From NCBI GenBank assembly GCA_021824285.1, contig JAKAKZ010000001.1:4096-68095 (forward strand): a DNA stretch of 64,000 nt. The letters run 5' to 3'. Below are positions 1 through 9,847 of this stretch, in pieces; within the stretch, counting starts at the first letter, position 1, and each line of letters opens with the position of its first letter. Position numbers and translations under genes: made by a program. The DNA is from a bacterium (GTDB lineage: Bacteria; Patescibacteriota; Patescibacteriia; SG8-24). The notes under the pieces are model-generated. The model did not search any database. It was not told the DNA's origin and saw nothing but the letters and a program-made list of their open reading frames with translations.

Positions 1-36
1 CATTGAAGATAATTCCTAAGATTACGGCAAGCGTTT

Positions 37-2481
37 TCATTTGCATTCGATGACTTTCATCACCTCGTCGCCGTAGTGGTTGATGGCCTTTACCGCGATC
101 TTGCCGGTGGACGGTTTGGGGAATGGGCGCGAAACCGTCGAACACATGGAATCCCAAGCCTCCTCGGGAATCTCAGCCTTAAGCAGTTTCTTGAATTTAT
201 CGAACGGACAAATATCATTTAGGAAATAGGCGTGCGAGACGAAGAAGCTGCGGCCGTCGTAATTAGTGTCGATGAACCAAGCGGCAAGATCGTCATCGAC
301 CTTACCGGAACCGCTGGAGCGAATTTCGCTCTTCACGGGATCGTACACGTCAACGCCCTTGATCTCGACCACAATCTGCCCCTTCGTCTCCTCGACCCGA
401 ATATCCGGCTCGCCAAAAGCCATGAAGAGGTTACCGCTGCCGGTTTTCTTGAGCAGATCGCCCATTGTGAGGTCTGGATTGATTTTCACTTTCATTACGC
501 GCAACCCATCAATTTCGTTGGGTTCAGAAAGCGCAGCTGCTTCAAAGGAGGTCGCGGCAACAATTAAAAGATTCGCAAACTGCTTAGCCTTGGAAATGGC
601 GGCACGAACGAAGTCGTCGTCGACGCTGCCAAACTCGGGACCGATAGAGACGGCAGCAATCTTCAGCCCGACATCTGTACGAAATTCGCCGCGTGCCTGA
701 AGCTCCGGACCCCCTGGGAGAGTGTCTAGATTTTCGAACTGGATACGCGCCCCTTTGTCGCCGGTCTGCACTCCCGCAACGCGGAGATTGTCAACGATGT
801 TGGCGACATAGTCTTCCGTCGCAAGCATTTGTTGATCGTCACTCACACGATGTGGCGAGAGAGATTCGACCGTAAATGGCCCCGAAACGCGGACGCGATT
901 TTTATCCTCTATGGCTTGGTCGTAAAGAGACTCCTGCTCGGGCGGCTCGTCATTTGCGAGCGATTTCAAAGTCACGTGAGCGGCAGTCTTATACTCAAAG
1001 CCCGCCCGTACGTTATTTTCATCTTTAAGTTTGTAATACTGATACCTCGCACTCATGATACGAGTGCGTGCAAGCGCAAGAGCTACGCGCGATGTGTCCG
1101 TGGTAATCCAACGACGACCCCACTGTTCGGCGACAAAAGCAGTAGTCCCCGAACCACATGTGGGGTCCAGAACAAGATCTCCAAGGTCCGTAGTCATTAA
1201 AACACACCGCTCTATCGCAGAGGATGCCGTCTGAACTACATAAATTTTTCCCTCCGAACGATTTTGTATTCCACCAATATCGGTCCAAATATTTGAAATT
1301 GGAAAAATCGGAAAATCATCCATGAAACGCAAATACCTGAGACGATTGCCCTCAATCACGATGCGACCCTTCTCAGCAAGACGCTTCAGTCCGGCCACTG
1401 TTGTTTTCCAATGAGACCCGGCCGGCGGTTGGTAATCTTTGCCACCGAAGGTAAAAGTCTGATCGGTTGCAGAAGCCCCTTGTGCCGTCAAATCAGACGT
1501 GGTTGCAAGACGGTCCTCATCACCGGCTCGTGAGCTGACTGATCGGATGCTTGAGAGGGGCTTATACTTGGATGCGCCTTCATCTCCGGCGGATTTATCC
1601 TTATATAACTGACGATACTTCAGGTGCCTTATGTCCTTGGCATACCAGATAATATGATCCGCAATGGAAGATAAGGCGTTTCCTGAAAAACCGGTGGTTT
1701 TTGTAAAAACAATTTGCGAGACAAAATTTTCGCTCCCCATCACCTCGTCCATCAAGCACCGCACGAGGTGCACGTTTTCATCATTAATCTGAACAAAACA
1801 CGACCCGCTCTCAGTTAGGAGTTCGCGTGCGGCAATGAGACGGTCACGCAAATACGCCAAGTATGAATGGATTCCCAGCTCCCACGTATCTCGGAATGCC
1901 TTGACCTGTTCCGGCTGACGGACAAAATCCTCAACCCTGTTGTCCTTCACGTCACGCTTCTTCGTCGACACCTGCCAGTTGGAACCAAACTTGATTCCAT
2001 AAGGAGGGTCAATGTAGACGCACTGTACGCGCCCTCGCATCCCCTCCTTCTCAAGTAGCGAATTCATCACCACCAGAGAATCGCCAAGAATCATGCGATT
2101 CTGCCAGTTGTCCTCGTGCGTATAGAAATCAGCCATCTTCTTCGCCTGCTCTGCTGCCGTATCGCCAAACAACGTTGTCTGCAGTTCTGTCTGACCTTCG
2201 TCCTTGAGCCTGGCGATAATTGCTTCCGGAGAAATCTTCTCTTGGACGTAGATCGGCACCGTAGAAACACCGAACTCGCCACCGAGTTCGGCCTTGCCGG
2301 ACCAAGTAAGCTGAGGGTCCAGTGACGGATCATACTCGTAGGTTTTTTTGACCGGACGACGGTCGCGCGGCGAAATCATCTCCGACTCTTCCTGTGTCGG
2401 GATGCGCTTGCGTTTGTCCTCGTGCTTATAAGAAGTGACGGACGCGGCAGATATGGTTGGTGGTGCTTTTTTCCTGGCCAT
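37..2481 (-). CDS. mod: Type III restriction-modification Mod subunit (beta-class N6-adenine/N4-cytosine DNA methyltransferase)
   Basis: 814 aa; catalytic DPPY motif (VYIDPPYGIKFG) lies N-terminal to the AdoMet-binding motif (LDPTCGSGTT), separated by a long variable TRD-like region, which is the beta-class order typical of Type III Mod; stop/start 5 nt from upstream res; region visibly AT-richer than flanking core genes. Confidence 0.8.
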   Translation of the reverse strand: MARKKAPPTISAASVTSYKHEDKRKRIPTQEESEMISPRDRRPVKKTYEYDPSLDPQLTWSGKAELGGEFGVSTVPIYVQEKISPEAIIARLKDEGQTELQTTLFGDTAAEQAKKMADFYTHEDNWQNRMILGDSLVVMNSLLEKEGMRGRVQCVYIDPPYGIKFGSNWQVSTKKRDVKDNRVEDFVRQPEQVKAFRDTWELGIHSYLAYLRDRLIAARELLTESGSCFVQINDENVHLVRCLMDEVMGSENFVSQIVFTKTTGFSGNALSSIADHIIWYAKDIRHLKYRQLYKDKSAGDEGASKYKPLSSIRSVSSRAGDEDRLATTSDLTAQGASATDQTFTFGGKDYQPPAGSHWKTTVAGLKRLAEKGRIVIEGNRLRYLRFMDDFPIFPISNIWTDIGGIQNRSEGKIYVVQTASSAIERCVLMTTDLGDLVLDPTCGSGTTAFVAEQWGRRWITTDTSRVALALARTRIMSARYQYYKLKDENNVRAGFEYKTAAHVTLKSLANDEPPEQESLYDQAIEDKNRVRVSGPFTVESLSPHRVSDDQQMLATEDYVANIVDNLRVAGVQTGDKGARIQFENLDTLPGGPELQARGEFRTDVGLKIAAVSIGPEFGSVDDDFVRAAISKAKQFANLLIVAATSFEAAALSEPNEIDGLRVMKVKINPDLTMGDLLKKTGSGNLFMAFGEPDIRVEETKGQIVVEIKGVDVYDPVKSEIRSSGSGKVDDDLAAWFIDTNYDGRSFFVSHAYFLNDICPFDKFKKLLKAEIPEEAWDSMCSTVSRPFPKPSTGKIAVKAINHYGDEVMKVIECK

Positions 2482-2486
2482 ATTAC

Positions 2487-5447
2487 TTAATGGTTCTCAA
2501 AGCCGTTCTTAATGCCCGCACGGATCAATCCTTCGGTCTCGTGAATGTCCTGCACCTCAAGAAACGCCCACTTGCCGAACCCGCCATGGTTATTGACGGA
2601 TGGAACCCAAAGCTCACGAGCGGTCTTGGTCTTCAACGACTTCTTGTCATCCTTCTTTCCGGTCACCTCAATAAGCAGATTCAATGGCTCTTTCCCGCCC
2701 ACGTCGAGTCGCACGATGAAGTCCGGGATGTAGGCCCGCTCGATGCCCTTGTGCTCATACGGAATGGTGAACCCGAGGTTCTGGTTCTTCACGTAGGAAA
2801 TGACCTCCGGCATCATCTCAAGCTTCTTGGCGACCCCCTGCTCCCATTCTATGGTGTCCGCGACCACGTAATTCACATGGCTTTTGACGGTATCACTGAC
2901 TGGTTTCACCGTGAGGAAATCCACATGACGGGTCGATCCGACCTTATCGAACTGCGCCAGCACGGGCAGCACCTTCCGCTTGCCCTCCTGCGTAATGTTC
3001 TCCTGTACAATCGCTTGTTGGATCTTCGTGAGTGCACCGGCGTAGTATTCCCCAATCGTGAGGTAACCGATGACCATGCGGTCCTTTAGTTTGACCTGGG
3101 TTTTGACGTATTCCTCGACTATTTTCCTCAACTGAGGGAAAAGCCAATACTTGGAATCGCCCTCGGCGTCCGTGTAATACCTTCGAAGCAGCCCTTCTGT
3201 CAAACGCGTGACGACTTCGCCCTCGCGGCGCTCCTTGATTTTCTCAAGGCTCTCTACGACCTCCTCGCCGATGGCCCCTTCGCTGCGGACCTCGGTAGGC
3301 TCGTTCTCAATGACCGTCCGAGACTCTTCGGTGAACGTCGCTCCGAGCTTCTTCTCGTCAATCTCGTAACGGTATCCCTCGACGCGCGGGAAGGAAATCT
3401 CGTACTGCTCCCCCCGGTCGTCAAGGGAATGCACTCGATAGATGACCTTCGGTGGCTTCGGCTTGACGTCCCCGGTCGGGCGCAAGAAGCTGAACGGCAC
3501 CCCGTAGACTTCGGCGTATTCGGGCGAGAGCAGGCCGTTCTCCTCGACGTCATAGTCGACGCGCCGCAGGGCACGGCCGACCACCTGCTCGCAGAGCAGT
3601 TGCGTGGTGAAGGCCCGGATGCCCAGCACATGCGTGACGGTGTTCACGTCCCAACCCTCGGTGAGCATGGAGACGCTGACCACACACTTGATGTTCTCAC
3701 CGAGTTTGCCGGGCTTGCCGACGGTGTTCATGACCTCACGGAGGATTTCCTCGTTGCTCGGCTCGTCGCGACCTGCGTAACGGCGCATGTATTCCTTCTT
3801 AAAATCGTCGACCTCGGACGCGAAGATCCGGATGAACTCGTCATCGATCTTTTCGCCGCTCTCGAGCTGGGCGCTGTCGATGATGAGCGTGTTGGCCTTC
3901 TTGAGCATCTCGTGGCCGTCCTCATTGCGGAAAATGTCGAGGTTGCCCTTTTCGAGCCGGATCGCGCCGGTCGGCGTCTCGCGTTCATATCCGGCAATCC
4001 ACTTGTAGACCATCTCGGAAACAGTGGTGTTGTTGCAGACCACGATCATGACCGGCGGCATGACGGCGGGATTTTTCGTTTTCTCTTCGGCGTATCGGGC
4101 GTAATACTTTTCGTAGTTGCCGTAGAGCGAAAGGAGCGCCTCGTGGAGCTTGGTCGGGAGACTGATCTGCTCCTTGTCGAGGTTGTAACCGCCTGTTTTC
4201 TTGCCCTTTTTCGGGAGCTCGTCGCGCACGTGCAGCCAAAGATTCCTGAACTCCGGTTCATCCGTGATCGCGTCGGATTCGACCGGCAGACGCGGGATTT
4301 TGACGATCCCGCATTCGAGCGCGTCGAGGAGCGAAAAGTCGGAAACGACCCACGGGAACAGCTCGCCTTCCTGATAGCCGGAGCCGCTCAAGAAGTACGG
4401 CGTCGCCGACAGGTCGATGACGGCGTTGACGTCCATCTTTTCGGCAAGCGCCTTGACGCCGCTGATCCAGACCTTGGCATTCTTGTTGTTCTCGTCGGCC
4501 TCCTTCCTCTCCTCCACGGCCAGCTTCTCCTCAGTCGGCTTCTGCTGATAGCAGTGGTGCGCTTCATCATTGATTACTAGCACGCGCTTCTTGTTGAGCA
4601 GGCTCTTGAAGGCCCGATTCACCATCGCGCTCGGAGACTCCTTGGTCGCCTCTTCCTTCATCAATCCGGCGGCCTTGAGCGTCGCGCCAACCTGAAACCG
4701 CTGGAGCTGGAGACGTTCAAGCTTGTGAAAGTTGATGATCAGGACGTTCGCCTTCTGGAGCAGCTCGAAATCGTGATGCGACACGATGTCCCGCTTGCGG
4801 TAATAGTTTTCGGGACTGTTGGGCTGAAGGACGCTCAGGCGGTCGCGGATGGTGATGCCGGGAGCGATGATGGCGAAAGCGTCCGTGAAACGCGTATCCT
4901 GCGGATACTTGATCTTGTTGATGGTGTTGTAGGCGATGATCATCGCCATCACTACCGTCTTGCCGGAGCCGGTCGCCATCTTGAAGGCGAGGCGGTAAAG
5001 GCCTGGGTTGGCGTCGCCGTTGACCCGCCGCAAATCGTTCACCGCCCAAGCGTCGCCGTTCTTCTCGGCGACCTCGTTGATCCACATCAAGGTCTCAAGA
5101 GCCTCGACTTGGCAGAAGAAAAGCTTGTTCTCACGCGTATCGTCCTGCCAATAGGCAAGGAGGTCGCGGGAGGCTTTGGTCAGTCCGGGGTACCCCTTCT
5201 GCCGCCACGTGGCGATGCGGACGCGGATCTTGTTGACGAAGTCGTTCTCCTTCTGGAGCTCGGCACCGTATGCTCCTTCCGCCAAGTTCTGCTCGGCCTG
5301 TTTCTTGGCGGTCTTGGCCTTCGGAACTGGAATATAGAAGGCGCTCGGCCGCCGGCCCTCAACTGTCTGATCGGTAAGACCGCGCTCGTTAGAGCTGAAA
5401 TACCTATCCGGCACCTTATAAGGTGAGTTTAGGACTGGGCTTTCCAT
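2487..5447 (-). CDS. res: Type III restriction enzyme Res subunit (SF2 DEAH helicase with C-terminal PD-(D/E)xK-like nuclease)
   Basis: 986 aa; Walker A ATGSGKTVV, DEAH box VLVINDEAHH, SAT motif; C-terminal IPDFIV...LLIEVTGKKD resembles PD-ExK endonuclease motif; tightly coupled to mod. Confidence 0.8.
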   Translation of the reverse strand: MESPVLNSPYKVPDRYFSSNERGLTDQTVEGRRPSAFYIPVPKAKTAKKQAEQNLAEGAYGAELQKENDFVNKIRVRIATWRQKGYPGLTKASRDLLAYWQDDTRENKLFFCQVEALETLMWINEVAEKNGDAWAVNDLRRVNGDANPGLYRLAFKMATGSGKTVVMAMIIAYNTINKIKYPQDTRFTDAFAIIAPGITIRDRLSVLQPNSPENYYRKRDIVSHHDFELLQKANVLIINFHKLERLQLQRFQVGATLKAAGLMKEEATKESPSAMVNRAFKSLLNKKRVLVINDEAHHCYQQKPTEEKLAVEERKEADENNKNAKVWISGVKALAEKMDVNAVIDLSATPYFLSGSGYQEGELFPWVVSDFSLLDALECGIVKIPRLPVESDAITDEPEFRNLWLHVRDELPKKGKKTGGYNLDKEQISLPTKLHEALLSLYGNYEKYYARYAEEKTKNPAVMPPVMIVVCNNTTVSEMVYKWIAGYERETPTGAIRLEKGNLDIFRNEDGHEMLKKANTLIIDSAQLESGEKIDDEFIRIFASEVDDFKKEYMRRYAGRDEPSNEEILREVMNTVGKPGKLGENIKCVVSVSMLTEGWDVNTVTHVLGIRAFTTQLLCEQVVGRALRRVDYDVEENGLLSPEYAEVYGVPFSFLRPTGDVKPKPPKVIYRVHSLDDRGEQYEISFPRVEGYRYEIDEKKLGATFTEESRTVIENEPTEVRSEGAIGEEVVESLEKIKERREGEVVTRLTEGLLRRYYTDAEGDSKYWLFPQLRKIVEEYVKTQVKLKDRMVIGYLTIGEYYAGALTKIQQAIVQENITQEGKRKVLPVLAQFDKVGSTRHVDFLTVKPVSDTVKSHVNYVVADTIEWEQGVAKKLEMMPEVISYVKNQNLGFTIPYEHKGIERAYIPDFIVRLDVGGKEPLNLLIEVTGKKDDKKSLKTKTARELWVPSVNNHGGFGKWAFLEVQDIHETEGLIRAGIKNGFENH

Positions 5448-5524
5448 GGTGTTTGGCGTGGCGTGAATGGGACTCTAATCTGGATTATTTTATCACAGTT
5501 CCGTTACAATAATATAGTTCACCT

Positions 5525-6199
5525 ATGACAAGTTCCCCCGAGGCGAAAACTGCGGCTGTCCTCCAGCTCATAAACGACCGAATTGTCGTTACTGACAGCG
5601 AAAAAATCGCCGTGTTTGTCGGTGATTTTGTCGATGCCGGAGACAAGATCACGACTGGGGATGCAGCAGCCATCCTGAACCGCCTCCAAAAAAACGGTGC
5701 AATCCGCATACTGGAAATCGGCACTCGGTCCAATTCGGACGGCGGATACACCCTTGAGAATATGCTGCATAAGGGGTTGTTTACTTACCAAGGACCGAGC
5801 TACAACCTCGAGCGTGTCGACCGTAACCGCCTAAATGCCGATAACCTGATTACGTTCCGGGTAGAGCCGAACTTTTTGGAGATTTGCACCACTAGTGACA
5901 GTGCACGCAAGATAATTCTTGCCGGGCAAGGCGTTCGCGAGATGGAAGACCATCTCAAATCGAACCCGATGACGTGGTCCTGCCCAATCGACCGGTCCAA
6001 CGTGGCTCTTCTACTAAAACCGGAGGAATCCATCGCGACCTGGATGGACAAATTCGCTCGTGGCGAATATGGCCACTGCAAAGACCGTCGGCATCCGAAC
6101 CGTTTCTGGATTGAAGACGGCAAAATCCGCTTCGGCACCGTATCAATCCCGGTGACCGAAGCCCTGCCTGTGAAGAAAAAAATTGACGACCACGCATGA
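5525..6199 (+). CDS. hypothetical protein (no recognisable domain), orphan gene between R-M and phage packaging module
   Basis: 224 aa intact ORF preceded by AT-rich promoter-like region (TTACAATAATATAGTT); no motif recognised. Confidence 0.45.
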   Translation: MTSSPEAKTAAVLQLINDRIVVTDSEKIAVFVGDFVDAGDKITTGDAAAILNRLQKNGAIRILEIGTRSNSDGGYTLENMLHKGLFTYQGPSYNLERVDRNRLNADNLITFRVEPNFLEICTTSDSARKIILAGQGVREMEDHLKSNPMTWSCPIDRSNVALLLKPEESIATWMDKFARGEYGHCKDRRHPNRFWIEDGKIRFGTVSIPVTEALPVKKKIDDHA

Positions 6200-6443
6200 G
6201 ACCGTTATAATGTCTTTGAACATTGAAAGCTAACCTTCGATTCTGGCCGGACTTACCTGTATAGGTGAGCGGCCGCGAGTCGGGTTATCGCGCGTCATCG
6301 AACCAGCGGACCTGTGCGCCGCTGAACCGAGAGCCGAGATAACAGAGTATCGGGCGTTCTACGCCGCTGGTATTTTGTTATTTCGGCTTTTGTCGTTATA
6401 GCCAAGCCAGCCACCGAACATCCGGACTGGCTTTTTTGTCTTA

Positions 6444-7796
6444 ATGATTATGTCGATATTTATGAAACCACTCGAATGGCACAACGAAAAACGCAAGGCG
6501 CAGGACATTCTGCCTTGGCCTGGAAATCCTCGTAAACTCACGGACGAACAGGCGGAGCAGCTAAAGAAATCATTGGAAAAATTCAACTTGGTCGAGATTC
6601 CAGCCATCGACACCGATAACCGGCTGATTGCTGGTCACCAGAGGGTCAAAATCCTGCTGGCGTTGGGACGGGGCGGCGAGGAGATCGACGTGCGTGTGCC
6701 GAACCGGAAACTCACCAAGGAAGAGTTCGAGGAATACAACGTGCGCAGCAACCTGACAACCGGGGAATGGGACTTCGACGCGCTTGGCGAACTCGATGAG
6801 ACTTTCCTGTCCGATGTCGGATTTAGCTCCGAAGAGTTGGACCGGATTTTCGGCGAGGACGAAACGCCTGATGTCTTCGACCTTCAGAAGGAACTGAAAA
6901 AACTGGACATCAAGGAGGTCGAGATCAAGAAGGGCGATGTGTGGGCGCTCGGCGAGAGCCAAATGATGTGCGGCGACTCGACTGTCGAGGCGGATTTCCA
7001 GAAGCTCATGGGCGGCGAAAAGGCCGACATGTGTTTAACCGACCCGCCGTACATCCTGGACTACCTGCACGGGAAGACCCGGCATGGCAAGGCGACGGAG
7101 GGGTTCGGATACAAGCGCGACCGCCGGTACCTCGAGACGGAGTCCCTGCCGGACAACTTCACCGAGCTCTGGATGAGCAACGTCGCGGCGGCGGCGAAGC
7201 CGGACTTCTCCATCATCGTGTACGAGAACTGGAAGAACATCCGGACAATCTGGGGCGAGATGGAGAAGCGCTGGAAGGTGAAGAACATGATCGTCTGGCA
7301 CCTAGAGAACCGGCATCAGGGCTTCTCATCCAAGTACCGCTTCTTCAACAAGCACGACATCGCGATGGTGGGAGCGTCTGGCGACGTGCCGTACAACCAC
7401 GACGCGGAGGAGGCTCCGCTCCAGGAGGAGTACGAGACGGCCCTCTACGCCATAAGCGGCAAGCCGAACTGGGAGAAGTACGAGAAGGGCAAGAAAAACT
7501 GCCCGACCGACTTCATCGAGTTCCGCGCCTCCGACGCGAAGCATTCCGGCCAAGGCGTCGTCTTCGGGACGAAGCCGACCGAGATCCTGGTCCCCTACGT
7601 CAAGGTCCTCACGAGGCGCGGCGACCTGATCGTCGAGCCGTTCGGCGGCAGCGGAAGCACCCTGATGGCCGCGACCAAGATGAAGCGGCGCTGCTTCCTG
7701 ATGGAGAAGAGCCCGGTGTACGCCGAGGTCATCCGGAAACGCTGGGAGAAGCTCACCGGCCTCAAGGCCGAACGCGTCGCCTATGCCGGCCGATAA
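6444..7796 (+). CDS. ParB-like nuclease domain / DNA methyltransferase fusion (phage-type DNA MTase)
   Basis: N-terminal ParB/Srx motif (IPAIDTDNRLIAGHQRVKIL); C-terminal MTase motifs TDPPYILDY and VEPFGGSGST; likely true start at MKPLEWH (about 6462); overlaps terminase small subunit gene. Confidence 0.8.
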   Translation: MIMSIFMKPLEWHNEKRKAQDILPWPGNPRKLTDEQAEQLKKSLEKFNLVEIPAIDTDNRLIAGHQRVKILLALGRGGEEIDVRVPNRKLTKEEFEEYNVRSNLTTGEWDFDALGELDETFLSDVGFSSEELDRIFGEDETPDVFDLQKELKKLDIKEVEIKKGDVWALGESQMMCGDSTVEADFQKLMGGEKADMCLTDPPYILDYLHGKTRHGKATEGFGYKRDRRYLETESLPDNFTELWMSNVAAAAKPDFSIIVYENWKNIRTIWGEMEKRWKVKNMIVWHLENRHQGFSSKYRFFNKHDIAMVGASGDVPYNHDAEEAPLQEEYETALYAISGKPNWEKYEKGKKNCPTDFIEFRASDAKHSGQGVVFGTKPTEILVPYVKVLTRRGDLIVEPFGGSGSTLMAATKMKRRCFLMEKSPVYAEVIRKRWEKLTGLKAERVAYAGR

Positions 7797-8259
7797 GCGC
7801 GGCGTCGTCGAGATCCGCCAGGACAAGCAGAAGGAGGTGCTGGTCGAGGAGCTGCGGAAGCGACCGATCGTCCAGAGCGCCTGCCAGAAGGTCGGCATCG
7901 GCCGGGCCTCGTACTACCGCTGGCGCAAGGAGGACCCCGGCTTCGCGGCGGCGGTCGACGAGGCGGTCGAGTCCGGAGTCGGCCTCGTGAACGACGTGGC
8001 GGAGACCCAGCTCATGACGGCCATCCGCGAAGGGAACATGACCGCCGTCGTCTTCTGGCTGAAGCACCACCACCGCTCGTACGCGACGCGAGTCGAGCTG
8101 TCGATGCCGGAAAAGCGGCCGGAGCTCGACCTCACGCCCGAACAGGCCGAACTGATCAGGAAGTCCGTCGCGATGCTCTCGACCGAGCCGGACTCCCCTG
8201 CCCCCGCCTCGGCCGCAGACGCCACGCAAGCGCCGACACCTAAGCCCGTAACCAAATGA
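7783..8259 (+). CDS. phage terminase small subunit (HTH DNA-binding)
   Basis: 158 aa, HTH-like segment IGRASYYRWRKEDPGF; sits immediately upstream of large terminase in canonical order; Pro/Ala-rich tail. Confidence 0.6.
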   Translation: MPADKRGVVEIRQDKQKEVLVEELRKRPIVQSACQKVGIGRASYYRWRKEDPGFAAAVDEAVESGVGLVNDVAETQLMTAIREGNMTAVVFWLKHHHRSYATRVELSMPEKRPELDLTPEQAELIRKSVAMLSTEPDSPAPASAADATQAPTPKPVTK

Positions 8260-8263
8260 ACAC

Positions 8264-9754
8264 ATGGAAAACAAAAGACCCGAATCGTTCGACGAAACGA
8301 TCGCCAGGCTCAAGACGGACCGCGACTTCCGCATCCGGCTCACGGCATTCAGCCATCAATGGTTCTTCATGACCTACTTCCGGGACCACGTCACCTATCC
8401 GCTCGCCGACCTCCACCGCGAGATCTTCCGGATGACGCAGGACCCTCCCACGCCGCTCATCACGGTCGTCGCCTTCCGCTCGTCTGGGAAGTCGACGGTG
8501 CTCTCCCTCTCCTACCCCATCTGGGCGGCGCTGTCCGGACGGAAGAAGTTCATCCTCATCGTGAGCAAGACGGAATCCCAGGTGAAGCAGATAATGTACA
8601 ACATCAAGGCGGAGCTCGAGGGGAACCAGCAGCTGATATCGGACTTCGGGCCGTTCAACACGGGCGACGTCTGGAACGAGCTGTCCCTCGTCCTGCCGCA
8701 GCACGCCGTCCGCATCGTCGGCGTCTCCGCCGAGCATTCCCTGCGCGGCCTCAAGCACCGCTCGCACCGGCCCGACCTCGTCATCATCGACGACGTGGAG
8801 GACATGGAGTCGGTGCGATCCGGCGAGGTCCGCGACAAGCGCTACCGATGGCTGAAGTCGGAGGTCATCCCGGCGGGCGGCGAGTCCTGCCAAATCTGGG
8901 TCGTGGGGAACCTCCTCCACGAGGACTCGCTCGTCTCGCGGCTCCGGAGCGAGATCGAGAACAGGGAGATCGTGGGCACGTACCGGGAGTACCCGATCGT
9001 CGTCGGCGGGGTGCCGACGTGGCCGGGCCGGTTCCCGAGCGCCGCGGCGGTCGAGGAGCTGCGCATGAAGATCGGCGACGACAGGGCGTTCAAGCGGGAA
9101 TACCTCCTGCAGATCACGCCGGAGGCGGACCAGGTGGTCGACCAGAGCTGGCTCCGCTACTACGACAAGCTGCCGGACGCGGACGGGAAACGCCCGGGAG
9201 ACGGGTGGGAGCTCGACTTCGTCGCGACCGGCGTCGACCCGGCCATCTCGCTGAGGGAATCGGCCGACTTCACCGCCATGGTGTCGGCGGCCGTCTACAG
9301 CCGGATCAGGAGGGACAACCTGGGCAACCACTTCTACACCGACCACCACATCTATATCCTGCCGGTCGTCACGAACGCGCACCTGTCGGTAAACGGCATC
9401 ATCGAGAGGGCGAAAGTCACGGCGCAGATCTGCGCGCGGCCGGGCCACACGCACCGGTTCTTCGTCGAGGACGTCGCCTTCCAGAAGGCGCTGATCGACA
9501 CGATGCACGGCGCGAACCTGTACGTAAAAGGAGTGAAGACCGACGGGATGGACAAGCGGTCGCGCCTGATGATTGCCGCGCGCGGGATGGAGACCGGCAA
9601 GGTGTTCTTCCCGCGCACCGGGGCGGAGGAAGTCATCCGGCAGATCGTCGGATTCGGCGCGGAACGGCACGACGACCTCGCCGACGCCTTCTCGACCCTC
9701 GTCCGGCAGGCGGACTATACCGCCACCCACCACCCGAACATATACGTCTTCTGA
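8264..9754 (+). CDS. phage terminase large subunit (ATPase + nuclease)
   Basis: 496 aa; Walker A VVAFRSSGKSTVLS, Walker B-like DLVIIDDVEDME, C-terminal acidic RNaseH-like nuclease region. Confidence 0.8.
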   Translation: MENKRPESFDETIARLKTDRDFRIRLTAFSHQWFFMTYFRDHVTYPLADLHREIFRMTQDPPTPLITVVAFRSSGKSTVLSLSYPIWAALSGRKKFILIVSKTESQVKQIMYNIKAELEGNQQLISDFGPFNTGDVWNELSLVLPQHAVRIVGVSAEHSLRGLKHRSHRPDLVIIDDVEDMESVRSGEVRDKRYRWLKSEVIPAGGESCQIWVVGNLLHEDSLVSRLRSEIENREIVGTYREYPIVVGGVPTWPGRFPSAAAVEELRMKIGDDRAFKREYLLQITPEADQVVDQSWLRYYDKLPDADGKRPGDGWELDFVATGVDPAISLRESADFTAMVSAAVYSRIRRDNLGNHFYTDHHIYILPVVTNAHLSVNGIIERAKVTAQICARPGHTHRFFVEDVAFQKALIDTMHGANLYVKGVKTDGMDKRSRLMIAARGMETGKVFFPRTGAEEVIRQIVGFGAERHDDLADAFSTLVRQADYTATHHPNIYVF

Positions 9755-9847
9755 AGGGCTTAAAGGGCGGCCTGGACTGTTCCGGTCGGTGGCGACATTG
9801 ATGTCCTGCATGCCCCGATAAGGGGCTGTAAGGGCAAATTCAAGGCT

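Noticed and set aside
3429-4580. 383-aa plus-strand ORF inside res
   Set aside because: Antisense to the helicase gene carrying Walker A/DEAH motifs; composition-driven ORF.
6285-6370. Possible tRNA-like sequence (TCGAACC motif) in the 6.2-6.44 kb spacer
   Set aside because: T-stem and acceptor arms do not pair; could not build a cloverleaf.
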